A stretch of DNA of 63,772 nt, counting the filler, from Reticulomyxa filosa (taxonomy: Eukaryota > Protista > Foraminifera): the NCBI GenBank assembly GCA_000512085.1. It is 20 parts of 20 records of this genome, joined end to end, with 100 filler letters (N's around TTAATTAATTAA, not from the genome) between each part and the next. Parts side by side here need not be neighbours in the genome. Positions count along the whole stretch, not along the records: positions 36,826 to 42,142 come from ASPP01026494.1; positions 42,243 to 44,332 come from ASPP01041255.1; positions 44,433 to 47,507 come from ASPP01000023.1; positions 47,608 to 48,743 come from ASPP01028205.1; positions 48,844 to 53,999 come from ASPP01042369.1; 15 more parts are not named here. The stretch is one strand, 5' to 3'. Positions 37,523-49,345 of the stretch are shown here, piece after piece (position 1 is the first letter of the stretch; each line of letters opens with the position of its first letter). A model generated the notes under the pieces. It had not been told where the DNA came from and did not search any database. It saw nothing but the letters and a program-made list of their open reading frames with translations. The translations under genes and the position numbers were made by a program.

Positions 37523-39121
37523 ATGTGGTGGACCCGACTGTGGGTAGCAAAGGGACGAATAGGAGACTGGACGAAAGGGAGCACACTGCAGCCGAAGCAG
37601 CAAATAAGAAGACAAACAAAGATATCAACAAAAAGACAGACGGAATTGCGCAACCTCGAGCAACGACAGTACCTGAAAAGATTGAGGGGACAAACGAGTT
37701 CACTGATGCGAGCAGAAGACAGAGGAGCAGAGAAGGAAGCGATACGACTGCAAACAAAGCAGCTGCAAATAGCACAAAATGAGCAGAACATCAATGCCGT
37801 AATACATTGCATAAACAAAGTGGAAGACCAAAATATAGAAATGGACATTGTGTTTTGCAATACAGCATTGGATATATTTGCCAATAGTGACAATTATAGT
37901 TTGGCAAACAAGTATTTTGAAAAGTGGTTTCAGCAAAACAATAATAATAATAATAATAATAAATTAATTCCGAGTGACGTGACATTAAACATAATGATAA
38001 AGTCATGTAAGTACAGAGGTTTAATAAAAGAAGCGATGAAATATTTTTGTCGCCTCAAAGAAAAGAGCGCGATAGCGTACACAAACATTTTGACCGTGTG
38101 TGCCAAGGCATTGGACTGGGAGCAAGCGGAGGACATATTTTACAACGATGTGATGAAACGTCTGCGCGACAATAATGCAATCGTCGTATTGGACGACACG
38201 TTAATAGGATCAATGCTGAACGTATACTCAAAGTGTCGACAAATGGAAAAAGTTGGAAATTTCTTGCACGAGGTGTCACAGCTCCTGGCCAAAATGGGAC
38301 GTCGTTTCCGACTGAATGAAGTCCATTGTGTGAACATCATGTCCGGATACTTGTCGATCAACCAGCCAGAGTCTGCTCTCCAATTTTATTCCATCATCAT
38401 CAATTCCGATATTGGCATTCACACTCGACGATATCATCTGCTCCTCGAAATGAAGTGCGTTGCACATTTGCAGGCTTTATCGCACTTGACAAATCTTGGT
38501 CTTCACTCTAAGAGTGATGTCGATCATTATCGTCAATTCCTCGCCACATTTATACATGATTTGTATCCGTCATCATCATCATCATCATCGTCGTCGGAGA
38601 GACATCCCATTTCTGTGACTGATATGAATCGATTGATTCGATTGTTCATTTATCGACGCAACCGAATGTGGGGTCCTGACATCATTGCTGATATCCAAAC
38701 TCTACTGTTTGCGAGTCCTTCTTCTCATCATTTCAATATATCACAGGACTATCATATTCGCTCTTATCGCTTCCATTTGATCGACTTCCATGGAATGTCC
38801 ACAGAGGTCGCCATTCTCGTCCTGCGATTTGTTATGGCATTTCACAGACGTCTTCTTCTTCGATCCATTGTCCACGAACGCATCTCCGTGGTTTGTGGCA
38901 AAGGCGTACATTCGTCTTCTACCATCAATGCTGGATCTAACGTTGCTAAACAAGCCATCACTCTTCAGAACGAACTAATGTCGTGGCAGGTGCCCATTCG
39001 ACTTTATCGACATCCTGATGATCCTGCCTTGTTCTTTTTCGATTCACATGACCTCGATTTGTTCTTTAAAACATTCCCACCATTGCGTATCGATTTTTGT
39101 CCTCAACTTATTCCTAGTTGA
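37523..39121 (+). CDS. PPR-SMR protein
   Basis: PPR motifs (DIVFCNTALDIFA, SDVTLNIMIKSC, SAIAYTNILTVCA, LIGSMLNVYSKC) and C-terminal SMR motifs LIDFHGMS..A and ISVVCGKGVHS. Confidence 0.85.
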   Translation: MWWTRLWVAKGRIGDWTKGSTLQPKQQIRRQTKISTKRQTELRNLEQRQYLKRLRGQTSSLMRAEDRGAEKEAIRLQTKQLQIAQNEQNINAVIHCINKVEDQNIEMDIVFCNTALDIFANSDNYSLANKYFEKWFQQNNNNNNNNKLIPSDVTLNIMIKSCKYRGLIKEAMKYFCRLKEKSAIAYTNILTVCAKALDWEQAEDIFYNDVMKRLRDNNAIVVLDDTLIGSMLNVYSKCRQMEKVGNFLHEVSQLLAKMGRRFRLNEVHCVNIMSGYLSINQPESALQFYSIIINSDIGIHTRRYHLLLEMKCVAHLQALSHLTNLGLHSKSDVDHYRQFLATFIHDLYPSSSSSSSSSERHPISVTDMNRLIRLFIYRRNRMWGPDIIADIQTLLFASPSSHHFNISQDYHIRSYRFHLIDFHGMSTEVAILVLRFVMAFHRRLLLRSIVHERISVVCGKGVHSSSTINAGSNVAKQAITLQNELMSWQVPIRLYRHPDDPALFFFDSHDLDLFFKTFPPLRIDFCPQLIPS

Positions 39122-39303
39122 TTATTTTTTTAAAACACACTAAAAGTTTATTATCTTTTTTCACTAGCTAAGATCAATTCACCAAATATCATTAAATACT
39201 CAATACTTTGAAGCTGTTAAAATAATCATACATTTTTGCACTTTTCGTACTGATAACCCTTGCATTTGTCATTTTTTTATTTATTAGAAATTCTAATGAA
39301 AGG

Positions 39304-41058
39304 ATGAGATCATTTTCGTATATACAGCAATATGTGGAGGGTTTGATAAATGGTGCACAAACGATGAAGGATGTGCTGAAATTGTTGAGTGAATTGTTTG
39401 AGCTGAAAGAGCTAAAAGAGGTCTTGACTGAAAAAATGAGCAAGATGAACGAGCAATTGGAAAAGGGAAGAACAGTCGAAAATGAACACGAGTACTTATC
39501 ATTGAAAGAGAAGATCTGCAACACATACTTGCGCATAGCATCAATGGACGAAGTTCTCCCAGCAAATGTGCATTTGCACATATTTTCCTTTCTGGAGACC
39601 AGTTCTTTGGCCTGGCTGCCTGTGCTTTCTCGCTCTTTCCGTCAATTATTTATTTCTAACCCTTTCGTGTACAAATCAGTTTCCCACGACCAAACAGCAT
39701 CATTTTTATTTCTATTATTATTATTATTATTATTTGTTCATTTATTTATTTATTTATTTTTTATCAATACAAAATCAAATGGAGCATGTACGCACATGTG
39801 CACAAACGCATGTACGCATGTGCGTTGTGTTTGTGATGGACGTCAAATGGAAAGTTCGCATTGAAAATAACGGAGCCGACACCCGAGCAGTACCTGTTAT
39901 CAGAGTACAAAGAAAAGGTGAAGTTATTAGTGGACAGCAAGCAGAAAGAAGTCATTGTGGAAATAGTGGAGCGAGCGCAAGCGAAGCAATATCAAACAGC
40001 GGATATGTTTTTGAGCGATCAATACATGTCAATGGAGCAATTTCCCTGGCATCGTCTGCAGAAATGGACGTTGTGCACGAGTCGTCACTCGTGGACGTAT
40101 CCGACACGAGTGGTGCAGACAAAGCCGCAGCTGCTGTACCGATCACACTTTGATCCGAGTAGCAACGAGCAATGGAGACATGCAGTGTCATTTTGGAAAT
40201 GGTACACAATCAACAAAAATGGTGACAATGATGATAACAATAACAATAACAATAACAATAATAATGACAATGACAAGTCCTTGAAGGGGCTGATATCGAA
40301 CCTCGACCCGCGACAACGACGTTATCCCATTAACGCTTTTTCGCAAATCACATCACAAATACAAGTGGATCCCATGTTGAGCGAAGACGTGACAAAGCTG
40401 TTGGACAATTTGGAGGGACGCATGTTGGTCGGTAGAAACCACGGCTTTGTGGACTACACGCGTGTGTTGTCATCGCAGCAGCTTCGAGACATTATGGAAA
40501 CGACAGATCACAGTCATTATTTGTACCAGGCCAAGTTCCTCGCCCACGCCATCGCCGAGCTGAAACATGAAAACAGCGCATTCGAACACAATCTCAGTCT
40601 CGCGTTATTACCCGTTAAGTTGTCCAAGTATGTCGAGTCCTCCGATCCTCCCATTGACACGCCTATATTTTGTATCACCACCGACAGACAAGAGAAGGCC
40701 AAGCCTTCCATTTCTTGGAACATTAGTTTATTTTATATTTTTTTTTTCATTATCTAAAAGGAAAAACGAGAGGGTCCATTTATTGTTATTATTTTATATT
40801 TTTTTATTTTTTTTTTAAAAAGAGACAAAAAAAGAAGCCGAGAAAGATAATCAAATCAAAAAGACATTAGAACGAGTAGCACAGATGTGTGGCAACGGCG
40901 TGGATCTGCACAAACTGATGGACGTGGAATGCACTCCGAAAATGGCCGCATCCAAACGGGTCCAATGTTTGTACGACCATGTCCTTTGTATACGTGAGTC
41001 GATGGAAAGAGCAATGACCGAAGCCAGTTGCCAGTGTGACCATAACACCACCAATAGC
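39304..41058 (+). CDS. F-box-containing protein, multi-exon
   Basis: Coiled coil followed by MDEVLPANVHLHIFSFLETSSLAWLPVLSRSFRQL (F-box consensus). Confidence 0.65.
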
Positions 41059-41124
<66 letters not shown>

Positions 41125-41125
<1 letters not shown>

Positions 41126-41489
41126 TAAACACAGATGTTTGGGAAAAATATTTCAATGGCGATAGCGTTGCGAAATATGTATTGAGAAGAGTTGGTGCTA
41201 ACAAGTATCAATTCTTACATAAGTCATGTCAGGAATATTATGCCGCGCAAAAAATCATTATGGATATCATCATTTCATGGAAACAGTCGACATGTGATCA
41301 CATTGGGATTTCCAAGCAAGCATTATTTGAAACACAAATTCAACATTTGAGTATTAATCGCAAGTTATTGAATGACGAACCTACCATCATCCATTTCATT
41401 GCACAGCGAATTCACGATCCAAATGCCAACAATATCGCATTTGCGAATTTGAAATCGCTATTGTTTCGCATTATCGAAATGTCAAAGAC

Positions 41490-41520
<31 letters not shown>

Positions 41521-42142
41521 CGCAATGTATGCATTGCAGCGGCCAATGCCGTCACCATTCTCAATGCGGCAAATGTCAATCTTCATTATCGAGATTGGAG
41601 CCATGTCCAAATTCCGCATGCCAATTTAAAGTATGCCTTTCTCGAAGGGACCAGTTTCAAGAATGCCAATTTGGATTATGTCAATGTCACTCAGGCATAT
41701 TTGAACAAGTGCAACTTTGCCAATGCCTCGGTTAATGGGATATACTTTGGAGAGTATGCGTATTTGAAAGGACATTCCGACAAAGTCAACACTGCTCGAT
41801 TTTCGCCAGATGGCTCCAAAGTGGTATCTTGTTCCAATGACGACACCATCTGCATATGGGACCTATCCTCAGCCAAGCAGCTGCATGTATTGAAGGGACA
41901 TTGCAGTGCAGTGAATATGGCTCTGTTTTCACCACATGGCAGACACATTGTGTCGTGCTCACTTGACAAGACCATTCGAATATGGGATGTGTCATCTGGG
42001 GAGCAGCTCCAGATTTTGGAAGGACATTCTGGTAATGTCAACGGGGTACATGTTTCACCAGATGGCTCCAAAGTCGTATCTTGCTCATACGACAAAACAA
42101 TTCGCATTTGGGATGTGCAATCACAACGACAACAACGACAAC
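41125..42142 (+). CDS. C-terminal half of a NACHT-pentapeptide-WD40 (NWD/HET-E-like) protein, in frame with the upstream ORF
   Basis: YQFLHKSCQEYYAAQ winged-helix motif, AAANAVTIL, pentapeptide repeats (ANLKY AFLEG TSFKN ANLDY), three GH..WD repeats. Confidence 0.88.
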
Positions 42143-42829
42143 NNNNNNNNNNNNNNNNNNNNNNNNNNNNNNNNNNNNNNNNNNNNTTAATTAATTAANN
42201 NNNNNNNNNNNNNNNNNNNNNNNNNNNNNNNNNNNNNNNNNNCAAAGTGTACTATCCAAAAGTATAAACTACAAAAATAAAACCAGCCTCAAACTCTTTC
42301 GTCTCGTTGTAATTATGTACTTTACCTAAAAACAGGCTATGTAGAGCTTTTTTAATGAAAGAGAAAAATGCTATTGGCTTTTGCGAGCGATTTAAAAAAA
42401 ATTTCTACATTTAAATATCTAAACAAAACCTTTTTTTACATACTTTAGATACCTGTTGCGAATATAAACAAATCAAAAATTTATTTCTTTTACACGTTTT
42501 AACTGGTGTAAAAAAAAAAAAAGAAAGAAAGAATGGACAAAAAATGAAGCAAAACATTCACTTTACTGAATTATATTTTAAAAGACAAAAAGTCTTTGAC
42601 ATGAATGTTTTTCAAATTATGACGCAGATGATTACGAAGAGTAAAAAATGCACGAGTTTTTTTTTTCAACTAGTGTTGTTATCTCCCTTTTATGTTTTTG
42701 AGAATTATTGGGACAAAGTTAGAAAATGTGACAATTAATTAAATTAGAATTGCAATTTACAGTAGTAAACTGCATCAAATTCGTATTCAACTTGTAATTA
42801 AGATAGAAAATTGCTTTTAATCAAGAAAA

Positions 42830-43600
42830 AAAATTTAGTTGATTTAAGCTGAATGGATGAAATTGAATCATATTTACCAATATTATTATTTGATTGTGCT
42901 ACAGCATTAAGTATTAGTAATAATATGTATTATGTACATATTCTTGGAGGTAAAGATAATAAAGGTATTGTTATGACAAAGCATACAAAGATGAAATTAA
43001 AATGATAGTAATATCGAAAAACAAATTGAAAAATATTGGGTATATGTACTAAAAAGGAAATGAATAATATTAAATGATAACATAATTATCGATGGAAATG
43101 TATATGCAGTTGATTGTGATATTAAATTACAAGGAAATATACAAATTACAATACAATTTTTTATTGCAAAGAATACTATAATTGATCAACAAAAACTAAG
43201 ACAATCAATTATACCTAGTCAATGGGATATGGAAATACACTATGATATTCCAGTGAAATTACAAATCTTGTAGACAAACAACAGCAATATTTACAAGAAA
43301 ATCTGTTTGGAGATGTATTATTTCATCACAATAACATTTACAGCTTTGTATTATCACATTGATGTTGCCATGACATATGAAAATTTAGCATTCAATTATA
43401 GAGAAAAACAATATTATTCTAATGTAATTGAATGTTATAAAAATGCATTAGAAATAAGAAAAAGACTATTTAAAAATATGGACATTGAAATTTAGAATGC
43501 ATTTTTCAAATATAGGAGATATACAATAAATTGTTAGGAGAATGAGACGAAAAGACATTAACCTCAAAAAGAAAAAGTGAAAACTTTGAGTGATTATTAA
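42830..43600 (+). pseudogene. Degenerate Kelch/TPR family remnant
   Basis: HILGGKDN fragment and HIDVAMTYENLAFNY..IECYKNALEIRK TPR motif among stops and frameshifts. Confidence 0.55.
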
Positions 43601-43700
43601 TTCATTTTTTAAGTAAGGAACTACACAAAGTGATGCAAATAATCTTACTTTAAGAAAAAATCAGCACAAACATAGTTCATTTATTTTATCATATTTTAAA

Positions 43701-44230
43701 TCATCCTCCCATCTCCCTGACCTTTGTTTTTGCTTTTATTGTTTCTGCGTGTGACTCTCCCAATATCTTACTGCAAATTTTATATGCTTCTTTATAACAT
43801 TTCAAAGCTGTTTTCATTTCTTTTTTGTTTTCGAATGATATTCCCAAATTCCAATTGGAAGTACCAACTGATTTATCTGTGTCTCCAAATAGTTCCTTCC
43901 TTATCTGCAATGCTTTTTCATAATATTCAATTGCTTTGTCATATTGCTTATTATTGCGATAGAAATTTCCTAAATTATGATACGACCAGGCAACATCTGA
44001 ATGATTTATTCCAAAAAAGCTCAATCTTATCTTCAATGCTTTTTCATAATGTTCAATTGCTTTGTCAGATTGTCTACTCTCGCGATAGGAATCTCCTAAA
44101 TCATTGTATAAGTTAGCAACATCCTGCGATGACTTGGCATCATCTAATCTTATTTTCAGTGCTTTTTCATAGTATTCAATAGCTTTGTCATATAGTTTAT
44201 TATCATAACAAAAATTTCCTAAACAAGTAT
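43701..44230 (-). CDS. TPR-repeat protein (kinesin-light-chain-type long repeats), 3' part
   Basis: YDKAIEYYEKALKIR, HSDVAWSYHNLG, VGTSNWNLG..HAET repeats. Confidence 0.88.
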
Positions 44231-45392
44231 AACAAATTTCCTAAACAAGTATACCAAAGAACAGGAATTGCATTATATAATAGAAAAATGATAGCCGAAA
44301 CTAAAGGTGTATACCAATGAATAGGAATTGCANNNNNNNNNNNNNNNNNNNNNNNNNNNNNNNNNNNNNNNNNNNNTTAATTAATTAANNNNNNNNNNNN
44401 NNNNNNNNNNNNNNNNNNNNNNNNNNNNNNNNCGGGCTACAACAACATTCACATTATTGAAATGGGTGTATTGGATTTTATCTCTTGTTATTGCTTATAT
44501 TCCACTTATTTAATATATTTTTTTTTTTTGTCAAAAATCAAAAGATTTTGACACAGTCAAGTTTTGAGTTTTTTGCCTGATTTTCAACAAACAAGTAAAT
44601 TCAAACAAATTAAAGAGAAATGAAAAAAAGTACAAATATATAACAAAACGACTAATTCAGCTTAAACAAATTTTATCAAAAATTTTAAAGTATCTCAATT
44701 ATTAAAAGATTTGTTAAAAAGTCATTTCAAATTTTCATTCTGTTTTAATAATAATGATATTGCTTGAATGATAATAATTGCTACAATGTCGCTTGTAATG
44801 CTGTAATTTCATCTTTCAATTCTCTTATTTCATCATATTTATCTTTATTTTAACTATTGTGGGTTTTCTGCTGCTGAAAGAGGTGCGCAAACTGTAATAC
44901 GAAAGGTTTTCGCTCTTTTGAGTAATTTAAACAAAAGAGTAATAAATTAATAAAAGAGAAAACAAATAACAAGATTCAACAAGTGAAAGAGGAAAGACAA
45001 GTCGTGAAAGTGAGTAGTGTGTTGCCAAAATAAAGGGTTCTAAAGTTTACTTGGATTGCGAGAATTGCTTATTACGACATCATGAGTACTACAATATTAT
45101 TTCTATTTTCATTTTTCTTAGTTTATTCATCTTTTATTTTTTGGTTGAGTCAGAATATCTTTTTTATTATTGAACATAATGTAGCTATATTTATATACTG
45201 ATTCTTTCGAACTTCGAATTTCCTTTGTTTTCCCATCGTTTGAATGTGTCACAGAATTCATTTTGAAATTTTGGTTTTATATTTTTTTTAAGACAAAGCA
45301 CAAGTTTTTTTGATAGTAGTATAGAACAGGGGGAGTTGAAAGAATTTCACAAAAAAAAACTATTTCATCAATTATTCCAAAGTTCATTATCA

Positions 45393-46502
45393 ATGTCGAG
45401 TTTTGATCATCTAATCAAAATACTTGTGATTGGTGACTCAGGTGCATACTCTTTCGTTGTTTTTTTTATTTAGTCATATTTCGATTCAGGGGAAATCGCA
45501 CAAGGGAAGTGTTTGGGGGGGGGAAAAAAAAAGGTGTTGGGAAGACCTGCCTTCTGTTGAGATTCGCAGAACAGACATTCCAAACCAGTTTCATCTCCAC
45601 CATTGGGTGTGTGTGTACATTTTCAAAGCCAAACAAACAAATAAAAAAATCAGTAAGATAGAGGCGCAAGAAGAGACGAGGGAAGGGAATGTTACGAAAA
45701 GAATAGAAAAGGAGAGAAAAAAAAGCAATTCCAAAACACAAAAGGATAGATTTCAAAATGAAAACAGTGGACATTGATGGAAAGACAGTAAAGTTACAAA
45801 TATGGGACACCGCCGGACAAGATCGGTTTCGCGCAGTAACGACAGCATATTATCGAGGAGCAATGGGAATAGTATTAGTTTATGATATCACAGAACAGCA
45901 ATCATTTCAGAATGTTGGAAATTGGATCGAAAATATCCACGAGCATGCTTCAGATGACATTCCTATCGTTTTAGTTGGAAATAAATGCGACAAGATTGAA
46001 GAACGAGTTACACAAAAATACAAATATAAATATAAACATATACATAAACATATACATATACACATATATGCAAAGATTGCATATGATATTAATATCAAAT
46101 AGTAATGTTATAAAACAAATGAAAAATAATAAAAAATAAAATCAAAGGTAGTGTCGAAAGAAGATGGCAAGAAAATGGCAGATCAGTATTTAATGAGGTT
46201 TTATGAGACTAGTGCCAAAACTGACATCAATGTCAAAGACATGTTCATCAACTTAGCTAGGGACATCCTCATTCGGAACCAAATCAAAGTTTTGACTGAT
46301 TGTTATTGTTACCTTTTTTTTTTTTTTTATTTGTGCTGTTGTGTTTTGAACTATGCTTTAATAATACGTTTATTTAATTGCTGGTGCTTGCATCCTATAG
46401 GAGGAATTACATAAACAAGCCAAAGAAAAGGGCACTAAGATTAAAGACACTCCGGCCAAATTGGAAATGGCCAATGCCAAAAAAAAGTGTAATTGTTCGT
46501 GA
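45393..46502 (+). CDS. RAB8: Rab8/Sec4-like GTPase, five exons
   Basis: Spliced product [62 protein letters not shown]. Confidence 0.9.
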
Positions 46503-46901
46503 CATAGAACTAGATCCTCTTACCTACCCCCCATTTTTTTTTTTGTGTTTTTTAAGTTTTCCAATTTTTTGTGTTGTGTTGCGTTATATGTTTCACCATT
46601 AAATCATTTAACCGCATTGAAACACCATCCCATTATGCTCAACACCCTACATCCTTTGTTCAATACGGTAGACATCAGATGTGTGTTTCGTTTACTATAG
46701 GTAATTTTCCAAATATAACAGATCCTTGCCATGAAGCTTTTTTTTCTTTGGTCACAAAACAAAACTTTATTTTTGTTTCGAAACAATATATCCTCCTCAA
46801 CGACAACCAGTTGTGTGTTTCCCCCTTTTTTTTATTTTTAAATCCCCCATGGGAGGTTGAATTCAATTCGTATAAAAAAAACAAAAAAAAAAAGTGTAAC
46901 A

Positions 46902-47476
46902 ATGCGAAAACTAGCGGCATCAAAATCGAAGACAAAACATTGGCCCCAATATTTTCCAACCTTGCGTCTCTCACGATTAGACCAACAAAATTTCCAGGAC
47001 TTTCGGTCGTCGCGTCCACAAAAGGTGATACAAACGACGAAGAGCAGTGAGCCGGAAGAGCAAATAGCGTATATTCCGTTGAACGTTCCAGTAATGAAGC
47101 CGCAGATATCTCTAGCGGCACGCACTCGTTGTCAAATCGACAGTGTATGGCAGGAGAACTACAACACGAGGAGATATCGCATAGCATTGCCGAAACCGGA
47201 CTTACCACTCGGTATCCTAACCAGTTCGGCGGTGAATTTTCACGGCTTTGTGGGCCAAAAGAAGTCTCAAATAACGGAGTCGTATTTCCCAGTGAGCGAC
47301 TCGGGATTGCTTGGTGCGGCCGAGTTTGTCATCAAATTGTATCCAAATGACCTGATGAGCGAATATTTGTTCGGCTTACGAGCCCATGATTTCGTTAACA
47401 TTTCCGGGCCTGTTCCACACTTGTCTGTCCCTGAGGCTTTCGCTGGGAAGTCGCACATTGTTATGATTTGCGGAGG
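46902..47476 (+). CDS. NADH-cytochrome b5 reductase-like protein (FAD-binding domain), 3' partial
   Basis: NTRRYRIALP..LG, FVIKLYP..MSEYL..ISGP, HIVMICGG. Confidence 0.75.
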
Positions 47477-47607
47477 TTTCTCCCTTTTTTTTTTTTTTTT
47501 TTTTTTGNNNNNNNNNNNNNNNNNNNNNNNNNNNNNNNNNNNNNNNNNNNNTTAATTAATTAANNNNNNNNNNNNNNNNNNNNNNNNNNNNNNNNNNNNN
47601 NNNNNNN

Positions 47608-48662
47608 ATAATGCAATACTGGAGTCACCAAATACATTCCAGATTTCCAATTAAATAATTTGGGATCACAATCATTACGAGTTTGAGAATTTGCTGACTG
47701 CATCTTTATTTGAATAGCCAACAAAAGTTTTAAAGCTCCAGATTGCCTTTTTTAGTCGCAAAATACGGGCTGAGAAAGCAGAACTTCTTTTACGAACATG
47801 TTCTAGGTCTGAATACAGCATTTATCGATTATGTCTACTAAGGGAATATATTCAACCCCGTAACAACCTCACTGAAAAATGAGGGCTAACCTTTGCTCAT
47901 TAACGATTGTCGGTGAACAATCTTCAAGATCACTTCAAGTAACTTAGAACACAAATATTTCGATATCTCAAACTAGTCGGAAAAAGTCAAGAGTCTTTTA
48001 TCGAGCGTAGTGCAAACAATATAGAGAAAAGAAGAACGAATGAACAAGCTTCGCAAATGCAATTGCAAATTGCTATGCAATCTGAAGTGGAGAGATCACT
48101 TTTGACAAAGTAATATCAGTGCTTAAGTTCCTTGGCTTGAAAAACAAGAATCAGCTTGCCAAAAGTGTTATTACTCACAATTTATGTCTATTTTTCTGTG
48201 AAGAAAAGAACAAGAAGTATTCAACACTTGAACAAGACTGTATTATTGAGGAATGTTCCAGTTCGGAAGAGTCCCAATCACGTTTAATATTTTTTTTTAG
48301 CTGAGCTCTAATACTGAACAAATTCTCTGGTTAAAGCAGTTGAATTATGGACCAAACGCGTTGATGCACTTCCATTTATTCGACCAAATGGATACTTCAT
48401 CCAGACTTTGTTCCACAGTGTTACGTCACATTGGATATGTTGTTGGTAAAATTAAAAAAAAGTCATTCATCATCGATACAAACTTTTGAAAAAAAAGTTA
48501 TATTTTGAAGGAAGACAAGCAGTATCTGAAAAAGTTCGAAGTCAATCTTCGATTAACAATGATTTTCGTCGCGAAAACAGAAACAAAGACAAAGATACAA
48601 AGAAAATACTTTCAAACTATTGGAAATCTGGAATGTATTTGGTGACTCCAGTATTGCATTAT
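47608..48662. mobile_element. ~1.05-kb element bounded by a perfect 44-bp inverted repeat (non-autonomous DNA transposon-like)
   Basis: 47608-47651 is the exact reverse complement of 48619-48662; interior has no long ORF. Confidence 0.7.
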
Positions 48663-49345
48663 TGCAACAACGGCAATCAACCATGGATATTGATGGCACG
48701 CAAACAGAGCAAAGAAAAGGAAACTGCCGGAAATGATGAATCCNNNNNNNNNNNNNNNNNNNNNNNNNNNNNNNNNNNNNNNNNNNNTTAATTAATTAAN
48801 NNNNNNNNNNNNNNNNNNNNNNNNNNNNNNNNNNNNNNNNNNNAATTCCAATAAGATAAAACAGAAACGAAAGAAAGACAATAACAAAAATAAAAAAACA
48901 AACAATGACGAAAGCCATTCTAGTTAAACAAAGTTCGTCTTTTTACTCTCTTGTCCAAGCAAAAGCTTTACATTTCAATGAAAGATTGAAAAAAATGTTC
49001 GCTGATCAAAACTGCATGGCCCTTTTTTTTTCTCCTTCTCCCTCTCCTCCCCTTTTCAGGCTGCTCCAACTTTAATAATGAGATAACAAAACAAACAGAA
49101 GCAAAACAAAAAACAAAAATGAAAACAATAGCAAAACAAGAAATAATAAGTGGAAATTCGACCAGGACTGATTGGAAATGTTTCCAGTTTTAATTCGAAT
49201 GTGGTGGTTCATCACACCAGTGATAGTTTGAATTTTTGAGTTAATCCATCATTGTTTGTGAGTATATTATTTCTATTATTATTATATATTTAATATTTAT
49301 TTATTGTAATTGCACTGTATTTTGCTTTTTGTTGTTTTGCTGGTT

